Shown here piece by piece: positions 1-14,086 of a stretch of DNA of 64,000 nt (position 1 is the stretch's first letter; each line of letters opens with the position of its first letter). Position numbers and translations under genes: made by a program. The notes under the pieces were generated by a model. The model made no database searches and was not told the DNA's origin. It worked only from the letters and a program-made list of their open reading frames with translations. The DNA comes from Octopus sinensis (Eukaryota): positions 150,846,001-150,910,000 of the forward strand of contig NC_042997.1 in the NCBI RefSeq assembly GCF_006345805.1. The letters run 5' to 3'.

Positions 1-110
1 ACGATCACTGGTATTGTAACCGCCTTGAGATGCCACATTTTCTCAATTTCAATGAGTAGGTCTTTATATTTTCTGAGCTTGTCAAACTCTTTCGCTGAGA
101 TATTATGATC
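1..110 (-). mobile_element. R4/Dong-like non-LTR retrotransposon, REL endonuclease fragment (5'-truncated, runs off window)
   Basis: Minus strand translates DHNISAKEFDKLRKYKDLLIEIEKMWHLKAVTIPVIV, matching the REL C-terminal pattern KE..K..KY..L..EI..MW....PV; abuts (ATT)n. Confidence 0.85.
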
Positions 111-112
111 TA

Positions 113-146
<34 letters not shown>

Positions 147-190
147 CATCATCATCGTCGTCGTCGTCATCATCATCATCTTCATCATTA

Positions 191-260
<70 letters not shown>
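111..260. repeat. (ATT)n/(CAT)n microsatellite
   Basis: Direct reading. Confidence 0.95.
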
Positions 261-545
261 GAGTGAGAGAGCAGTGCATGCCATCAAAGTGACACTAGGG
301 TAAAATATACGAAGCCCAATTTACCCATCTGATAATGGTACACCAGTAATAGGCATCACAACCAAATGTGCGCGACATGGTGATCTCATATCAAGATAAA
401 CAGCGCATGACCTTGCAGGTGGGGCCTAGTTAGAATTTTCTTCTGGTCAAGTAACCCATCCCAAAGAAAAGGCCCCTGAATAAGGGTTGCTTAAGGATGT
501 TGAACGAAACACACATGTTACCAAAGGTGAATTATTCAAAACCCG
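261..545 (-). mobile_element. Interspersed repeat with (AAT)n 3' tail, probably a LINE 3' UTR or SINE
   Basis: GC-richer block ending sharply in the (AAT)n tract on the minus strand. Similarity to a common octopus repeat is from memory and unverified. Confidence 0.4.
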
Positions 546-669
546 AAGAACTCCATCTTCATCATATTGCAGCTTGTTGTCAGAATCAATATTATAATTA
601 CTCTGATATTAAATAATATTTCACTATTAATGTCAATCATTATCTAGTATTTTGGTAGATGCATCGCTG

Positions 670-684
670 GTAGTAGTAGTAGTA

Positions 685-754
<70 letters not shown>

Positions 755-1090
755 TGTTGTTGTTGTTGTTGTTGTTGTTCAGTAGTAGTATTAGTAGTAC
801 TAGTTGTTTCAGTAGTAGTAGTTGTAGTAGTAGTAGCAGTAGTAGTAGTAGCAGTAGTGGTTCTGTTTCTGGTGTTGATTATCGTGATAGTGACAGTGGT
901 CGTCGTGGTAACAACAGTGGAACAGGGAGTTGTGATAGCGGATGAGATGGTTATACTGGTGATGGTTGTTGTGGTTGTGGTGGTGATGGTGTGAATGTAG
1001 TAATGGTTGTTGTAGAAGTATTTTAAAATAGCAGGATTAACGCAGAAAATAATGAAGTGGTTGATGAAGTACACGATGATGCTGACGAAT

Positions 1091-1129
<39 letters not shown>

Positions 1130-1961
1130 GAGGAGGAGGAGGAGTAGTAGTAGTAGTAGTAACAGTAGTAGTAGTAGCAGAAGAAGAAGAAGAAGAAGAA
1201 AAAGAGGCGGGGAAGAAATGGAGGAAGAGGAGGAAGAGAAGATGAGTCCGGAGCAGAAAATGAAGAAGAAGAAGGGGATGATGAAAGGGAGGAAGAGGGG
1301 GAAAAGAAGGGGAAGGGGAAGAAAAGAAAAAATGAAGAAGAAAAATAAGAAAAATAAGAAGGCGAAAAAGAAAAGGAGGAATAGAAGAGGAAAGAGAAAT
1401 AAGAAGGAAACGAAGAAGAAGAAGAGAAGAGAAAGAAGAAGAAGAAGGAGAAGTAGAATGAGCAGAAGAGGAAAAAGAGGATGAAGTAGCTGAAGAGGAG
1501 GCTGAGGATGGAGCATGAGCAAGTGGATAAGGGGAAGTGGATGTAGAGCGACAAGTGGGTTAGGAGAAGACGATGTTCAACAGCGAAATTTAAAAGATAG
1601 TGAAGGAAAAGAATAAGTAGCAGGAAGAAGACAAAAAGAATAATAAGAATAACAGAAAATGGAATAGGAAGGATGGGAGAGGTGAAAGCAGGAGAGGGTG
1701 TTTGGATATTTTTTCTGTTGGTTTTAGTAATATTTTTCAGTTCGTATTCCATGTATAATTTTTCTTTACGGAAGACAATATAGCTCATTTTAGCAATAAC
1801 AGCAGACATCAGCAACCATTACCATCCTCCTCCTTCTTCTCATCATGATCATCATCATCCTAATCGTCATCATCATTACCATCATTACCATCATTATCAT
1901 AAAGAAGAGTGGTATTATTAGTTGTAGTTGTTATAGCGAAATTACTACTACTACTACTACA

Positions 1962-1998
<37 letters not shown>

Positions 1999-2240
1999 AT
2001 ACTACTACTACTACTACTACCACCACACCACCACCACCACCTCCAGCACTAATACTACTAGTAGTGGCAGCAGCAGCAGCAGTAGTAATAGTGGTAGTAG
2101 TAGTATTAATAGCAGCACAAATAGTAGTTTTAGTTGTTGTTACTGTTGTGTAGAAGTAGCTACAGCAGCTCTACTAGTAGTAGTTGTAGCAGCAGTTGCA
2201 GCAGAGGCACCAGCAACAGCAGTAGTAGTAGTAGTTGTTG
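670..2240. repeat. Compound trinucleotide repeat mosaic (TAG, TTG, GAG, GAA, CAT, TAC, CAC, CAG)
   Basis: Direct reading; source of the low-complexity ORFs at 640-2153. Confidence 0.9.
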
Positions 2241-2621
2241 TTTTTGTTGTCGTTAATATTGTATTAGCGTTACCATCGTTTTTACTTACTCTAAATTTTA
2301 TGTTACATTTCCTTCACAAAATTGAATTTCTAAATTTACATACTTCTATTAATATAAATCAAGTATTGGATAAATAGACTAATATCCTTAGAAATGGAAT
2401 GGAAAAAACTAGATTAAAAGGAAATCAGAGTTCCATTGCCCTGGCTAATCAGTTAATATGAGGAAATACATACACGAGAAAACGTAAATGAATAAATAAA
2501 TAAAAGTCATCGGAGGGGCAATGCATACTCGAGAAGATAAGTGGTGATAAGTTTTCTTTCACAAATTATAGCGTGGCTTGCAATGCGTTGTTTATCCATG
2601 CTTTTTAATTAAAGTGATTTA

Positions 2622-2627
2622 TTATTA

Positions 2628-2663
<36 letters not shown>

Positions 2664-2690
2664 GTAGTAGTAGTATTATTATTATTATTA

Positions 2691-2765
<75 letters not shown>
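2622..2765. repeat. (ATT)n microsatellite
   Basis: Direct reading. Confidence 0.95.
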
Positions 2766-2767
<2 letters not shown>

Positions 2768-2769
2768 TT

Positions 2770-3520
2770 AAGTATCACTAATATAAGTATTTATACTCCG
2801 GTGAAATTAAGAAATCAACTCGTGAATAAGAAAAACAGTCGGATCCATCACTCCCCCCCTCACACACAGATGTATATTTATATACTATTTATGCGTGTAT
2901 GTGTGTATGGACCTAGACGTGTCTATGCGCATATGTACACCATGTTCTATACACACGCAGAAGAGAATCGATTCATATGAAAAATAAAGTGGACAAAATG
3001 AAATATTTATAGTATATATTGTATAGAATTTGAGTGTTTTGAACGACTTCAAAAAGTGACAGTTAAATCAAACGTACTGTAATTCGTTTTAGGATATAAA
3101 TATGACCACTTACTTATCGGGAAATTTGTAAATTCGTTATTTTAATTTTTTTTTCTTCTATAAAGATCACCATTATAGATATTATACTACGGTAAATAAA
3201 CGAAAGCCTCGAATCCATCATTGTACACACATTGATGCACGCGCGCACACTTTAACACACGCGTGCGCGCAATTGTGTATGTACGCACACACGTGTATAT
3301 GTGCATTTGTACACCATGATCTAAACACACTCACACGAGTGTCGATTCATATCAAAAATAAAGTGAACACATTGCAATACTTATAGAAAAATATTGCATG
3401 AAATTAGAGAAGTGTGTCACCATTATAGGTATTTAAAATCCGGTGAAATTAAGAAATCAACTCGTAAGTAAACGAAACCCACAAATCCATACTGCACACA
3501 CTTGCGCGCGCCAGCGCACA
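2770..3520. repeat. Old degenerate tandem duplication/triplication
   Basis: TCCGGTGAAATTAAGAAATCAACTCGT at ~2797 and ~3439; TGTACACCATG and CGATTCATAT.AAAAATAAAGTG at ~2934-2990 and ~3308-3365; CACCATTATAG at ~3169 and ~3419. Confidence 0.7.
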
Positions 3521-3542
3521 GTCGCATGTCTGTCTCTGTACC

Positions 3543-3973
3543 TACTCTTTTACTCTTTTACTTGTTTCAGTCATTTGAATGTGGCCAAGCTGGAGCACCG
3601 CCTTTAATCGAGCAAATCGACCCCAAGACTTATTCTTTGTAAGCCTAGTACTTATTCTATCGGTCTCTTTTGTCGAACCGCTAAGTTAAGGGAAGGTAAA
3701 CACACCAGCATCGGTTGTCAAGCGATGTTGGAGGGACAAAGACAGACACACAAGCACATACACACACATACACACACACACACATATATATATAAATATA
3801 TATATACATATATACGGCGGGCTTCTTTCAGTTTCCGTCTACCAAATCCAACCTCAAGGGTTTGGTCGGCCCGAGGCTATAGTAGAAGACACCTGCCCAA
3901 GGTGCCACGCAGTGAGACTAAACCCGGAACCATGTTGTTCGTAAACAAATTACTTACCACACATACCTCTCCT
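3543..3973 (-). mobile_element. tRNA-derived SINE family A with internal (CA)/(TA) microsatellite
   Basis: Minus strand has a tRNA-like head (GTGGTAAGT...GGTTCCGGGTTTAGTCTCACTGCGTGGCACC), an internal microsatellite and an A-rich AAAAGAGTA tail; homologous to copies at 12124, 33330, 57255, 60178. Confidence 0.85.
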
Positions 3974-4179
3974 AGGTATGTTTAAAGATAATCAAACCGA
4001 ATTTTTATCGTTTCGAGCCACTCCCCCAAAGACTGTTTTTGCCAAATTTGGTGAAAATCCGTTAATCTGTTTTCCACTAATTTTCCGAAATCGCAAACAA
4101 AAACGGTTGATTACAATGCACCGCTTTCGATTAAGCTCGCAGCACATTAATAATAATAGTAGTAGTAACAATAATACAC

Positions 4180-5090
4180 TTGAAATCAAAGAGCAACTCA
4201 AGGAATGTGTGACTTCCATTAACATCTGTGCTGTCACTGTAGTCCGCTATGGTACTTCCATCTCGAAATGGACACAAGCGGAGATTGACCAACTCGATGG
4301 CACTACCCGAAAGGTAATGACAACGCATGGTGCCCTCCACCCTAAAGCAAATGTACACAGACTCTAAATGAAGAGGGGTAAAGCCGGACGTTGGCTGATA
4401 AGCATGTGGGAGTGCATCAACAATGAAAGAAGAAATATGGCAGAATATTTGGTAAACAGCAAACAAGACATGTCACAGTATACTGCTAGTGCAGAAGGAG
4501 GCAACGAAAAAGGACTTGAGAGTTCTCATGAATCCCGACCAAGAACACCCAGCGAGAGAGAAGAAACCCTTCTGTGTATGGAACTATATGGTCAGTTTCA
4601 CCGTGAAACTAACAAATTAAAAGACCAGAAAGCATCAAGGAGATGGCTCAACAAAGGTGACCTAAAAAAAGAAGACTGAAAACCTAATCATCGTTGCCTA
4701 AGGAAAAGGGCATTGAATACCAACTCAGTGAAAAAGCGTAACTCACATTGTTTGTGCTTGTGAAAGTCTTGCACAGAAAGAGTACAAGCGTAGACACGAC
4801 AAGGTAGCCCAAAATGTTCACTTGCTACTATGCTGTATATATGGATATGAGGTTACGGTTGCTTAGTACCGACATACACCGGTAAAGGTAATGGACGAAA
4901 AGGTGAAAGGCAAAAAACCTCTGGGACTTTGATTTCAAGATAGACACGGTGTTAGAGCACTGAAGGCTGGATATAGTACCTTTTAGAAGGGAGAAACAAT
5001 TGTTTGATAGTAAAGATATAATCAGCTGTACCCCTGGAGGAACGAAAAGAACTCTGCGACTCAACACTATATTTGGAACTATGAAGGTAT
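4180..5090 (+). mobile_element. R4/Dong-like REL LINE remnant (RT C-terminus, Zn-knuckle, REL), frameshifted
   Basis: KWTQAEIDQLDGTTRKVMTTHGALHPKANVHRL; LYGQFHRE...WLNKGDLKKE; HIVCACESLAQKEYKRRHDKVAQ; NLWDFDFKID. Starts beside a TAA/TAG tract. Confidence 0.9.
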
Positions 5091-5091
5091 T

Positions 5092-5510
5092 TTAACGGTC
5101 TAACAAAATGCAGGCAAGTACTTTTCCTACTACAGACAAAAGGGAAATCCCACGAAATTTACCACAAAGATCTTTTGGACACAATTTATACAATGAGACT
5201 GAAATGGCATCAATCCAGTCTTGAAGCACTTTCTCAGTTCTCCAACAGTGACAAATTAATATTGTTAAGAGTTCAAGCATTTTGTCACCCACATATTTCA
5301 AGACTTCTGCAGAGATTTCATCAAACCCTGGAGACTTATTGTTGTTCAGCTTATTCACAGCTAAATAAATGTCATTTAGAATTGCTTCAAATGTCATCTC
5401 TTCTATAACTGGAAGGTGTTCGATTTTTTGTATCATTCTCATGTCAGCGGATGATGGTCTATTCGAAAGTGCAGAAAAATGCTTTACCCAACGCATATGA
5501 ATAGAAACGG
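5092..5510 (-). mobile_element. RTE-like LINE reverse transcriptase fragment
   Basis: RWVKHFSALSNRPS...NKSPGFDEISAEVLK...DWIDAISVSLYK...CGKFRGISLLSVVGKVLACILLDR. Confidence 0.9.
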
Positions 5511-8500
5511 TGTCAGTCAGAAGCAAACGTCCAATTGCTGTTCTCACTGCATATATATATATGTACGTACATACACACGGACAGACATGCATATGTATAA
5601 TGTTGAAGCCATCCACAATTCTGTTTTTGTTACACATATATATGTACCGTGAAATAGGTATGCAGTTATCTTTCAGTTTGATATAAAATTCTTTCCATAT
5701 ATAACTTAACATTAAACATTGTAGTAAACGTGAGTGTGCGTATGTGTGTGCGTGTGTGATGATGTATACTCAAATACGTGCATTTATATATGTATATAAT
5801 ACACACACACATATAGATACACGGATATATACATGCATATACATTCATACAAATAGATATTGTTATATGCTTGGAGTTGTTAGGAACATTTGTCTATATG
5901 CTGGAGTTTTTCCCCTCGACACTTGATCTTTTCCGTTTTAGACAGGCTTACGAAAGAGTAATACGTCTGACAGTGATATCTACCGTAAGGTTGTATATTT
6001 GTTATAGATGGATTTTCGTTTAGGCAGATTATCTGCGCACTACTCTAGGAAAATTTAATATTGTAAGGCTGGCGAATATCTTTAAATCTGCTTGGAACGA
6101 GCAAATAAATTGCTCAATATTACCACACTCGATGTCAGGAATTCTCGACAAAGTGGCTGCTATGTTTTCAGTATCAATAAACATTATTTAGCTTTTAGAC
6201 TCAACTTAAGGATTATAAAATATTCTATTTAAAATAATCGAGAATCAAGCTTCATTTTATAAGAATTGTCATTTTCCATGAAGACTTGCATTTTATCTGT
6301 CTTTGCTATAAACCTGAGATATGGTCACCAGAGTAATAAAGTATCACAAGTTTGAGATTGTGGAGGGAAAAGGATAGAATTACACGCAATTAAATGTTTG
6401 CTTTTGTATGTACCATTCTGCCATTGTTGAGGCCGGGTTTAAAAGCGCAATGCGATAATACAACTGATGGATTTCTTCTATTATCTACTGTAGGGAACAT
6501 CCGTGCCTTAGAATGGTCGTACTTTAAGCTTCAATATTTTATGTATATTAGATTGTTCTCGAAATGCAGGCAACGCTTCCTTGTTACTTCCGTTCGAGAG
6601 TTACAAATAGCGATAATTTTCAAAGACTTACATTTCGTTGTGTGATGTTAAGTCACTTTAGTTTCTTTTTGAGTTGAAGACACATACTAACGATCAATTC
6701 ACTACAGAATATTCTGGATGCCGAAAAGTCATCACATCTATTAGAATCATTAGTGAAATGTGGCATATTATGTTTATGATATTCATGCTCCAGAGCAAAT
6801 TTATAATTATACAATTATTACAAATACAATGTTTGGTGGAAAGCTTCAAATCTTTATCTGATGAAAGTCGTATCTCCTGTTAACCAAACGCGACTCGTCA
6901 GTTCAGAAGCTTGTTTCAAAATCTAAGAATCTATCCCGTATGACAAAGATGTTGCTAAGTGAAACAGAATCCCGTATATCAAGTGTTGTGATCTTGAAAA
7001 GTTAATGTTGATAAAACGCACCGTCTGAACTGAACCATTTTTTAAATTGTTCAATCTAAACATAAGTACAAAAGAAGTAAAATATTTGAGAATAATCCGT
7101 ATTTCTTATATATATTCTTCTTCAGACGTGACTATTTCCCTATCGTCAGCGTACAACAAATCGTGAAATAGTGAAATAGTGTCACGATTGTTGTTAATGT
7201 AATTCTGAAGGAATTGATATTGGACAGTGATATATATTTCACGGACTTGAAATACTTGAATAATTACGAATGCAAGGTACACAGAAAATAACACTCACAG
7301 AGTTTAACACCATAGTTGGCACCAGCTTCTAGATGACTCGATTCTGATATAAAAGTATTAGAATTCATGTAGGAGTCCTTCAAGATGTGCAGTTAGACAA
7401 ACCTATCAGTAAATTTCGGTGAGCTCACAGGTTTTCATCAATTCACCAATCCCAATTGTAAGTTCTGCATTGTTCGCTACACAGTCATCATGAAAGAACT
7501 TCGAACGACCAGCCAAGATAATACTCGTTATAAGATAGTATCAAATAATATGATAATAGAAATGTTGCTTGTACAAAAGAAAAAAATATATTCCCTAAGT
7601 TTCATGGGATGAAACAAAGGAAGACAAAATGATGTGTGAAGTCAACGCATGTTTCATGTTAGCTTTCATTCTAATTATGTTAACAGACAAGGGCAACCTG
7701 AAAACAACAGGATTTTGATTTTGATGTTGTGCATATCTTACCCGGATGTTCTCAATAGAATTATGTGTCCAGCAATTTGAATGGTCTGACTCTTTGCTTT
7801 GTCAACAGCATGAGCATTTTTATATTCATCCATTATTTTATACATCTTGATTTTACATTGCGTGGTTTCAAGCAGACTTCTTTCAGCAAAATAGATGAGA
7901 ATTTCTTAAAGAGGTTTTGACCATGTAACTGATTATATGTCACAAGTACAACTCACAAGCGTATGTCACATACAATGAACGTTGGTGACTGTATGCGTGC
8001 GTAAGTGTGTATTTTCGTGTGTTTCTCTGTGGATGTGAAAGTGCACACTCGTGAAAATATGTTTCTCTCAGTTTTAGTTAAAAGTAGGAAAAATATCAAC
8101 TGCGAATAACAGCATGTGTATAGCATATGGTATACTTAATGTACCATTTCTTTTCTACTTTTTTAAATGTTTGATATTATATTTATGCTTCTTTCACATA
8201 GCGCTTTGCATCGTCCAGGCCTATATTATCCCGAAATGCATTTTGTCTTCTCATTTTTGTGGTATATGTTTTCATTGTGGTATATGATTTGAGGGATATT
8301 TCTTGCTACTTTGAGCTCTGGAAATGTCTACCTATGAGAGATAATGATAGCTTACGTAATCCAGAGCAACCTTAATGAGATATGAAATTATATACTTTCC
8401 ATTGCTGCAGATAATTGTAGAGTATTTTAGAAATATTAATATGGTATCTACTAAAGTCATAGCCTGACTTAACTATCCGCTAAGACTAACAATCATTTCT

Positions 8501-8902
8501 CAAAATTAGAATGCAGGTGTGTTCTGTTCTTGTTGCTGTCATTTTGTTACAGGTAATATGTGAACGAGAAAATCAATGACGAAATTATTTCCGTTTTATT
8601 TTCAGATATTGTACACCAAAGTAAACATTATTCATTGCTACAGTGGTTTTATTATAGTATTACTAAGGTGGTTTAGCTGCTATTTCTAACAATAGTGTGA
8701 CAATGTATGTTAGTGGCAATTTGTGTTGGAGCATACAGAGCATGGTTTCTGGTTCGGCCCTGTGTTGCACACTAGCTTCGTATGTTCGCTAAGAGTCTAT
8801 GGGAAATGTTCTAGTAAACAGTGGAATCGTTAATTTGCGTATATAATACTTCTATCTCTCTGTTTCTCTCACTGTCTATCCCCTTTACTCTCTGTCTTTC
8901 TT

Positions 8903-8944
<42 letters not shown>

Positions 8945-11900
8945 TTTCTACCTATTTTCTTTCTCACTCTCTCAGAAATGTCTGAGACAATTTCAATCTT
9001 CTTCAGGAAAATCCAGCTAAATTTAATATCCTACTAGACCAAACATAGGCAACATTCCTCTTGAGGAGAACAGCATAAAGCATGAAACGTGGACAAGCAT
9101 CAGGCAGCCTGCGCTACAAGAATGCAACAAAATAATTTTTCGCTAGGGATTTCAGAAAGTTGGTCCATGGCTGTTCTAAACTATCATAGCTTCTGTAGCA
9201 TCATTTAACATAAATGCACACGATAACCAGATTTGAGTAGTAATCTCTACTTCAGATATTCATTTTCAAAAAGCAGAAGCCTTAAATTTATAATATGTTA
9301 AAGTCCAGTTTTTCCACAAAGAAAAGGTATAATTTTCAAGCAGAACGTAGGGGATATTTTGCTTTATAATTCTTAAATATTACATATTAAACATGCGAAT
9401 ATGTACGATTGGGAATATGAAGTACGGGATATTTTTATATCTTGTGTGATCTCTTTGAAGCGCTAAGACATTGGATATAAGCTTATATGTATAAATGAGT
9501 CAAATAATACATTAGTGTTTGTGTATTAATAAGAGTGTGAGTAGTTAGGTGAAGGAGTGAGTCTGTGAAAGATTCATGACGGCACAGAACGTGCGCAGAT
9601 GAGTCAATTAATGAATGATGCAGTGAATGAGCGTATAAAGAAAACGGGCTAATAACTGCATGAATAACTCAGTGAGTGCTGTCAGTTGTCGGGTTAGCAA
9701 GACGATATGTCAGTGCGTCTCAGAGGGAACGTGTCATGACTTGTGAAAGTGGATATGCTCGTAAATGAGTGATATAGAGAACAATAGGCTGGAAGTGTTT
9801 ATATGATATTTGGAATTAAATGATATGATATTTGGAATTAAACTACGATAATAAATCCACGAATATAATATATACTAATTTAAATTTTACATGGGGAATA
9901 TATATGTTTCTCATACAGGCGCAAAGTTTCTCAGTTTGAATCGATTAAATTGGTCAGAATCTTTAAATAGTGTTTATTTTATTGAATGTGGAAAGATAAC
10001 ATATATAATTGACTTCGTGAAATTTGAATGCCACATACAAAAAAGGAAACTACATAACATTCGGGAATTTTTGCGGTACTCTAATATTTTTGTCATCCTA
10101 ACTTCACAGCATTTATCGAAAAATCGTAGCTACTAATAGAGAACGTAGGGAAATGTGTATCACTTAAAAATTTCTTTTAGACCAAATTGATTCTATTTAA
10201 ACTAGTGTTTAAAGCATTGTTTTCAAAGAAACATTACAACGGCGAATCAATTTGTAACTTTTTCTGTAAGTTAATATATATCTTAAATATATTTTTATGC
10301 GGCGGGGCTGCTTCCTTACTGTTAAGTTTTCTGAATACCTGAGGACATTGCAACTGATTTTTCTATTAGTATAGAAAATTAAATCGTCAATTCGATCACT
10401 ACCGTGCTTGTGCTTGTGCAATAAAGCAGCTTCATGTATGTCGAAAATATGTTGAGATGTTCGATGATCCTTACTCATCGCATGGTTGCTGGTTCGGCTA
10501 CATATGTCCACTAAGAGTCTAGAGGCAATGTTCTAGTAAACAGTGGAATTTTAATCGTTTTATGCGATTTGAAATTCGAGTACAACTATTCAAAATAATA
10601 TAACATAGAGTGAAATATCTGAAAGAGGAGGATTTCCAAGGCTTCTATGCTGTTGGCATTTTTGAAGTCGTAGCCCAGTGATCAATAAGCTCCTATTATA
10701 ATTTCCGAATTTTTCCATCCTTCGCATAGCAGCTTGTCGAAAGTTTTTTTTTTCTTTTTTAATCATAATATAGATTCGGGTGCCAAAACGTATATCAGTG
10801 CGTTATGGGACCTTGGGACGGAGAGAGAGAGAGAGCGAGAGAGATTGCATGTTTTGATTTCAAAGACATGAAGGTGAACCATTGTAACTTCAAATGAGCT
10901 CATTATGTTGCATATGTTCGGAGTTTGCAATTCGAGGATATTTTCTCTTCTCTATAACGAGTCACTGAGACTGCGGAAAGGGAATACAATGTGCTTTCAT
11001 CTTCGGGTTAGTCATTAAACAAGTTAGAGTGTTTATACATCATCTTGAACCATAATATGGAGATAGTAATTCAAAAGAACATAAAGTATTGCAAAGTAGT
11101 ATCTTATTTCATGCATTTTAAATAGCATTGCGGACAAAAAGAGAAAGAAATGGTCTGAACTTAATTGACTGCTAAAAGTTTAGCCTTAGACTTTGCATCA
11201 GTTTTCGATTAATTTCGTTTATGAGATGACTTATGAGAACCACTGTAATTCAGGTGAGCAGCGTAGAGGAAATCTAAGTTACTGGAATCCCACGTTTCAA
11301 ACTTTATACAGGGTTTAATCTTTTTAAGACACTTCACAGAGGAATACTCTTCATCATTTTCCTTGAAAATTTGGTGACAATGTTTCTGTATCTTGACAGC
11401 TACAAGTGCTTATTCCGATTTGGGAAATCTGGTATTTAAAGTTTTATGTTCCTTAAAGATTTTTGTTAAGTTTTCTCATTCCACTCTCATCGTAGTGACC
11501 GGTGGGATACAATGCATGATGAGACAAATACAAACTAATTGTGGCAAAAAAGAAAAAGGAAATTTGATATGAACTTCTAAGATTCACAAGCACACACATT
11601 CGCAAGCACACGTGTTAGTTTGTATGCGTACAACGTTTATGTAAAATCGCACATAAAGATATTGACCATTGATTAAATGAAAAAGCATGCAATACATCTA
11701 AGTCCAGTACTAAATTGATTTTAAAAGTAAATGATTGTCAGTAACCAGGAGGATTTCCTTATGCTTTTTTTTACAATAAATGCATACATACACATGCAAA
11801 CGTACATACATGCATGCATGCATATATACGCGCAAACATACACGTATACATTTATATGGGATGGACACATACATGTATATGTGTGTGAGTGAGTGTGTGT

Positions 11901-12123
11901 ATGTGTGAGTACGTTTGTGCATTTGTGTGCACGCAATTATTTATGTATATATATATATTTATGTATATATATATAGGGAGAGTTTACGAAATAACAAAAG
12001 ACGAAGACAGGTGGTGTACAAATATACATATATTCACACGCACACACACACACATATATTTATAAATACACAAACACAAACACACACATATATATATTTA
12101 TATAAGTACATATATATTTTGCC

Positions 12124-12665
<542 letters not shown>

Positions 12666-12799
12666 AATATTCAACCCTTATAATTCTATCTTACTGCGGC
12701 CTCGACGAATATTAAACGGAAGAATTGATTCCGATACTCATTTCACTTTAAAGATTGGTATCTATTTTGTCAGTGTCTGTTAACTCTCAAGCACACCAT

Positions 12800-12995
12800 C
12801 ACCAGTTGACGTGCATGGAGGAGGACAATCGAAGATACAAAGACACATACATACAAATACATATATGACGGAATTCTTTCAGTTCCTATCTGGCAAATTT
12901 ACTCTGAGCGTTTCGTTCCCCGAGAGTGCATAACTGAAAACACTTGTCCAACGTGCCACCACGTGCGACGGAGACCGGAAGCATGTGGGTGCGAA
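12800..12995 (-). mobile_element. Degenerate SINE family A
   Basis: TCTTTCAGTT..TATC..CAAAT...AAAACACTTGTCCAACGTGCCAC...GGAAGCATGTGG aligns to family A. Confidence 0.6.
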
Positions 12996-13014
12996 CCAAG
13001 CTTGTATGTTCCTT

Positions 13015-13300
<286 letters not shown>

Positions 13301-13868
13301 CTGTATTTTTGTCTTCCTGCATTTTTACGGATGATTGCAGATAAAATGATTTTGTATGAAATTGTTTGGTTTAAATACATGCAATATGCAAGCACATTAC
13401 CTTAGTAAATATATACGTAAATATCATATATATGAAAAATTAATTGTCCATCAAATCTCATTCACCACCGAGAAGGTTTAATAATATGCATAATCCACAC
13501 GTATAACTTATGTCCTTTCTACGCAATGCCAAAAATTACTGTATTTAATTCAACCTAAATGACCTAAATGCATAACCTCTGTATGTCTGTCTCCTGTCTT
13601 CTATTTCTATATTCTTCCGTATTCCTACCAACTTAATTATCTACATTCATTGCGGTCCGTGTTGACATTGATTGCCAATTCAACAGTATCCCGTATAGAT
13701 AGTACCGATAAAAATGATTAATGTATATCGTTAATCTCCAAACTAATTACCTGTAAATATCTTCTCATAATTCATTGAAGAATGTCCACGACTGAGCCGA
13801 TGGTCCTTCCTAAGATATACAAGTAATTCAACTATTTTCGTTAACTTTGGAGCGCTACTAATACTCAT

Positions 13869-14086
13869 TTCTACTATAGGTACAAGGCCTGAAATTTTGG
13901 GTGAGGGAGACAGTTGATTAGAGCAACCCCCAGTATGTAACTGGTACTTAATTTATCATTTATCGACCCTGAATGGATGAAACGTAATTTCCACCTCGGC
14001 GAAATTTGAACTCCCAACTTAGCAACGAGCGAAATGCCGGTACGTATTTCGTCCAGCGTGCTAAAGATTCTGCTAGCTCGCCGCCC
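13869..14086 (-). mobile_element. tRNA-derived SINE family B
   Basis: Minus strand GGCGGCGAGCTAGCAGAATCTTTAGCACGCTGG...GAGTTCAAATTTCGCCGAGG...CATCC...GGGTCGATAAA...AAGTACCAGT; homologous to 22262, 36178, 52370. Confidence 0.85.

Noticed and set aside
640-2153. 391-aa and other long ORFs
   Set aside because: Stop-free trinucleotide repeats giving homopolymeric peptides.
6862-6900. CTGATGA..GTCG..CGAC-TCGTCAG
   Set aside because: A simple hairpin in which the core pairs with its own complement; no GAAA/NUH, so not an HHR.
7372-7417. Possible 46-nt exon GVLQDVQLDKPISKFR ending in phase 2
   Set aside because: Weak acceptor; phase match to the 41506 exon has a one-in-three chance by coincidence.
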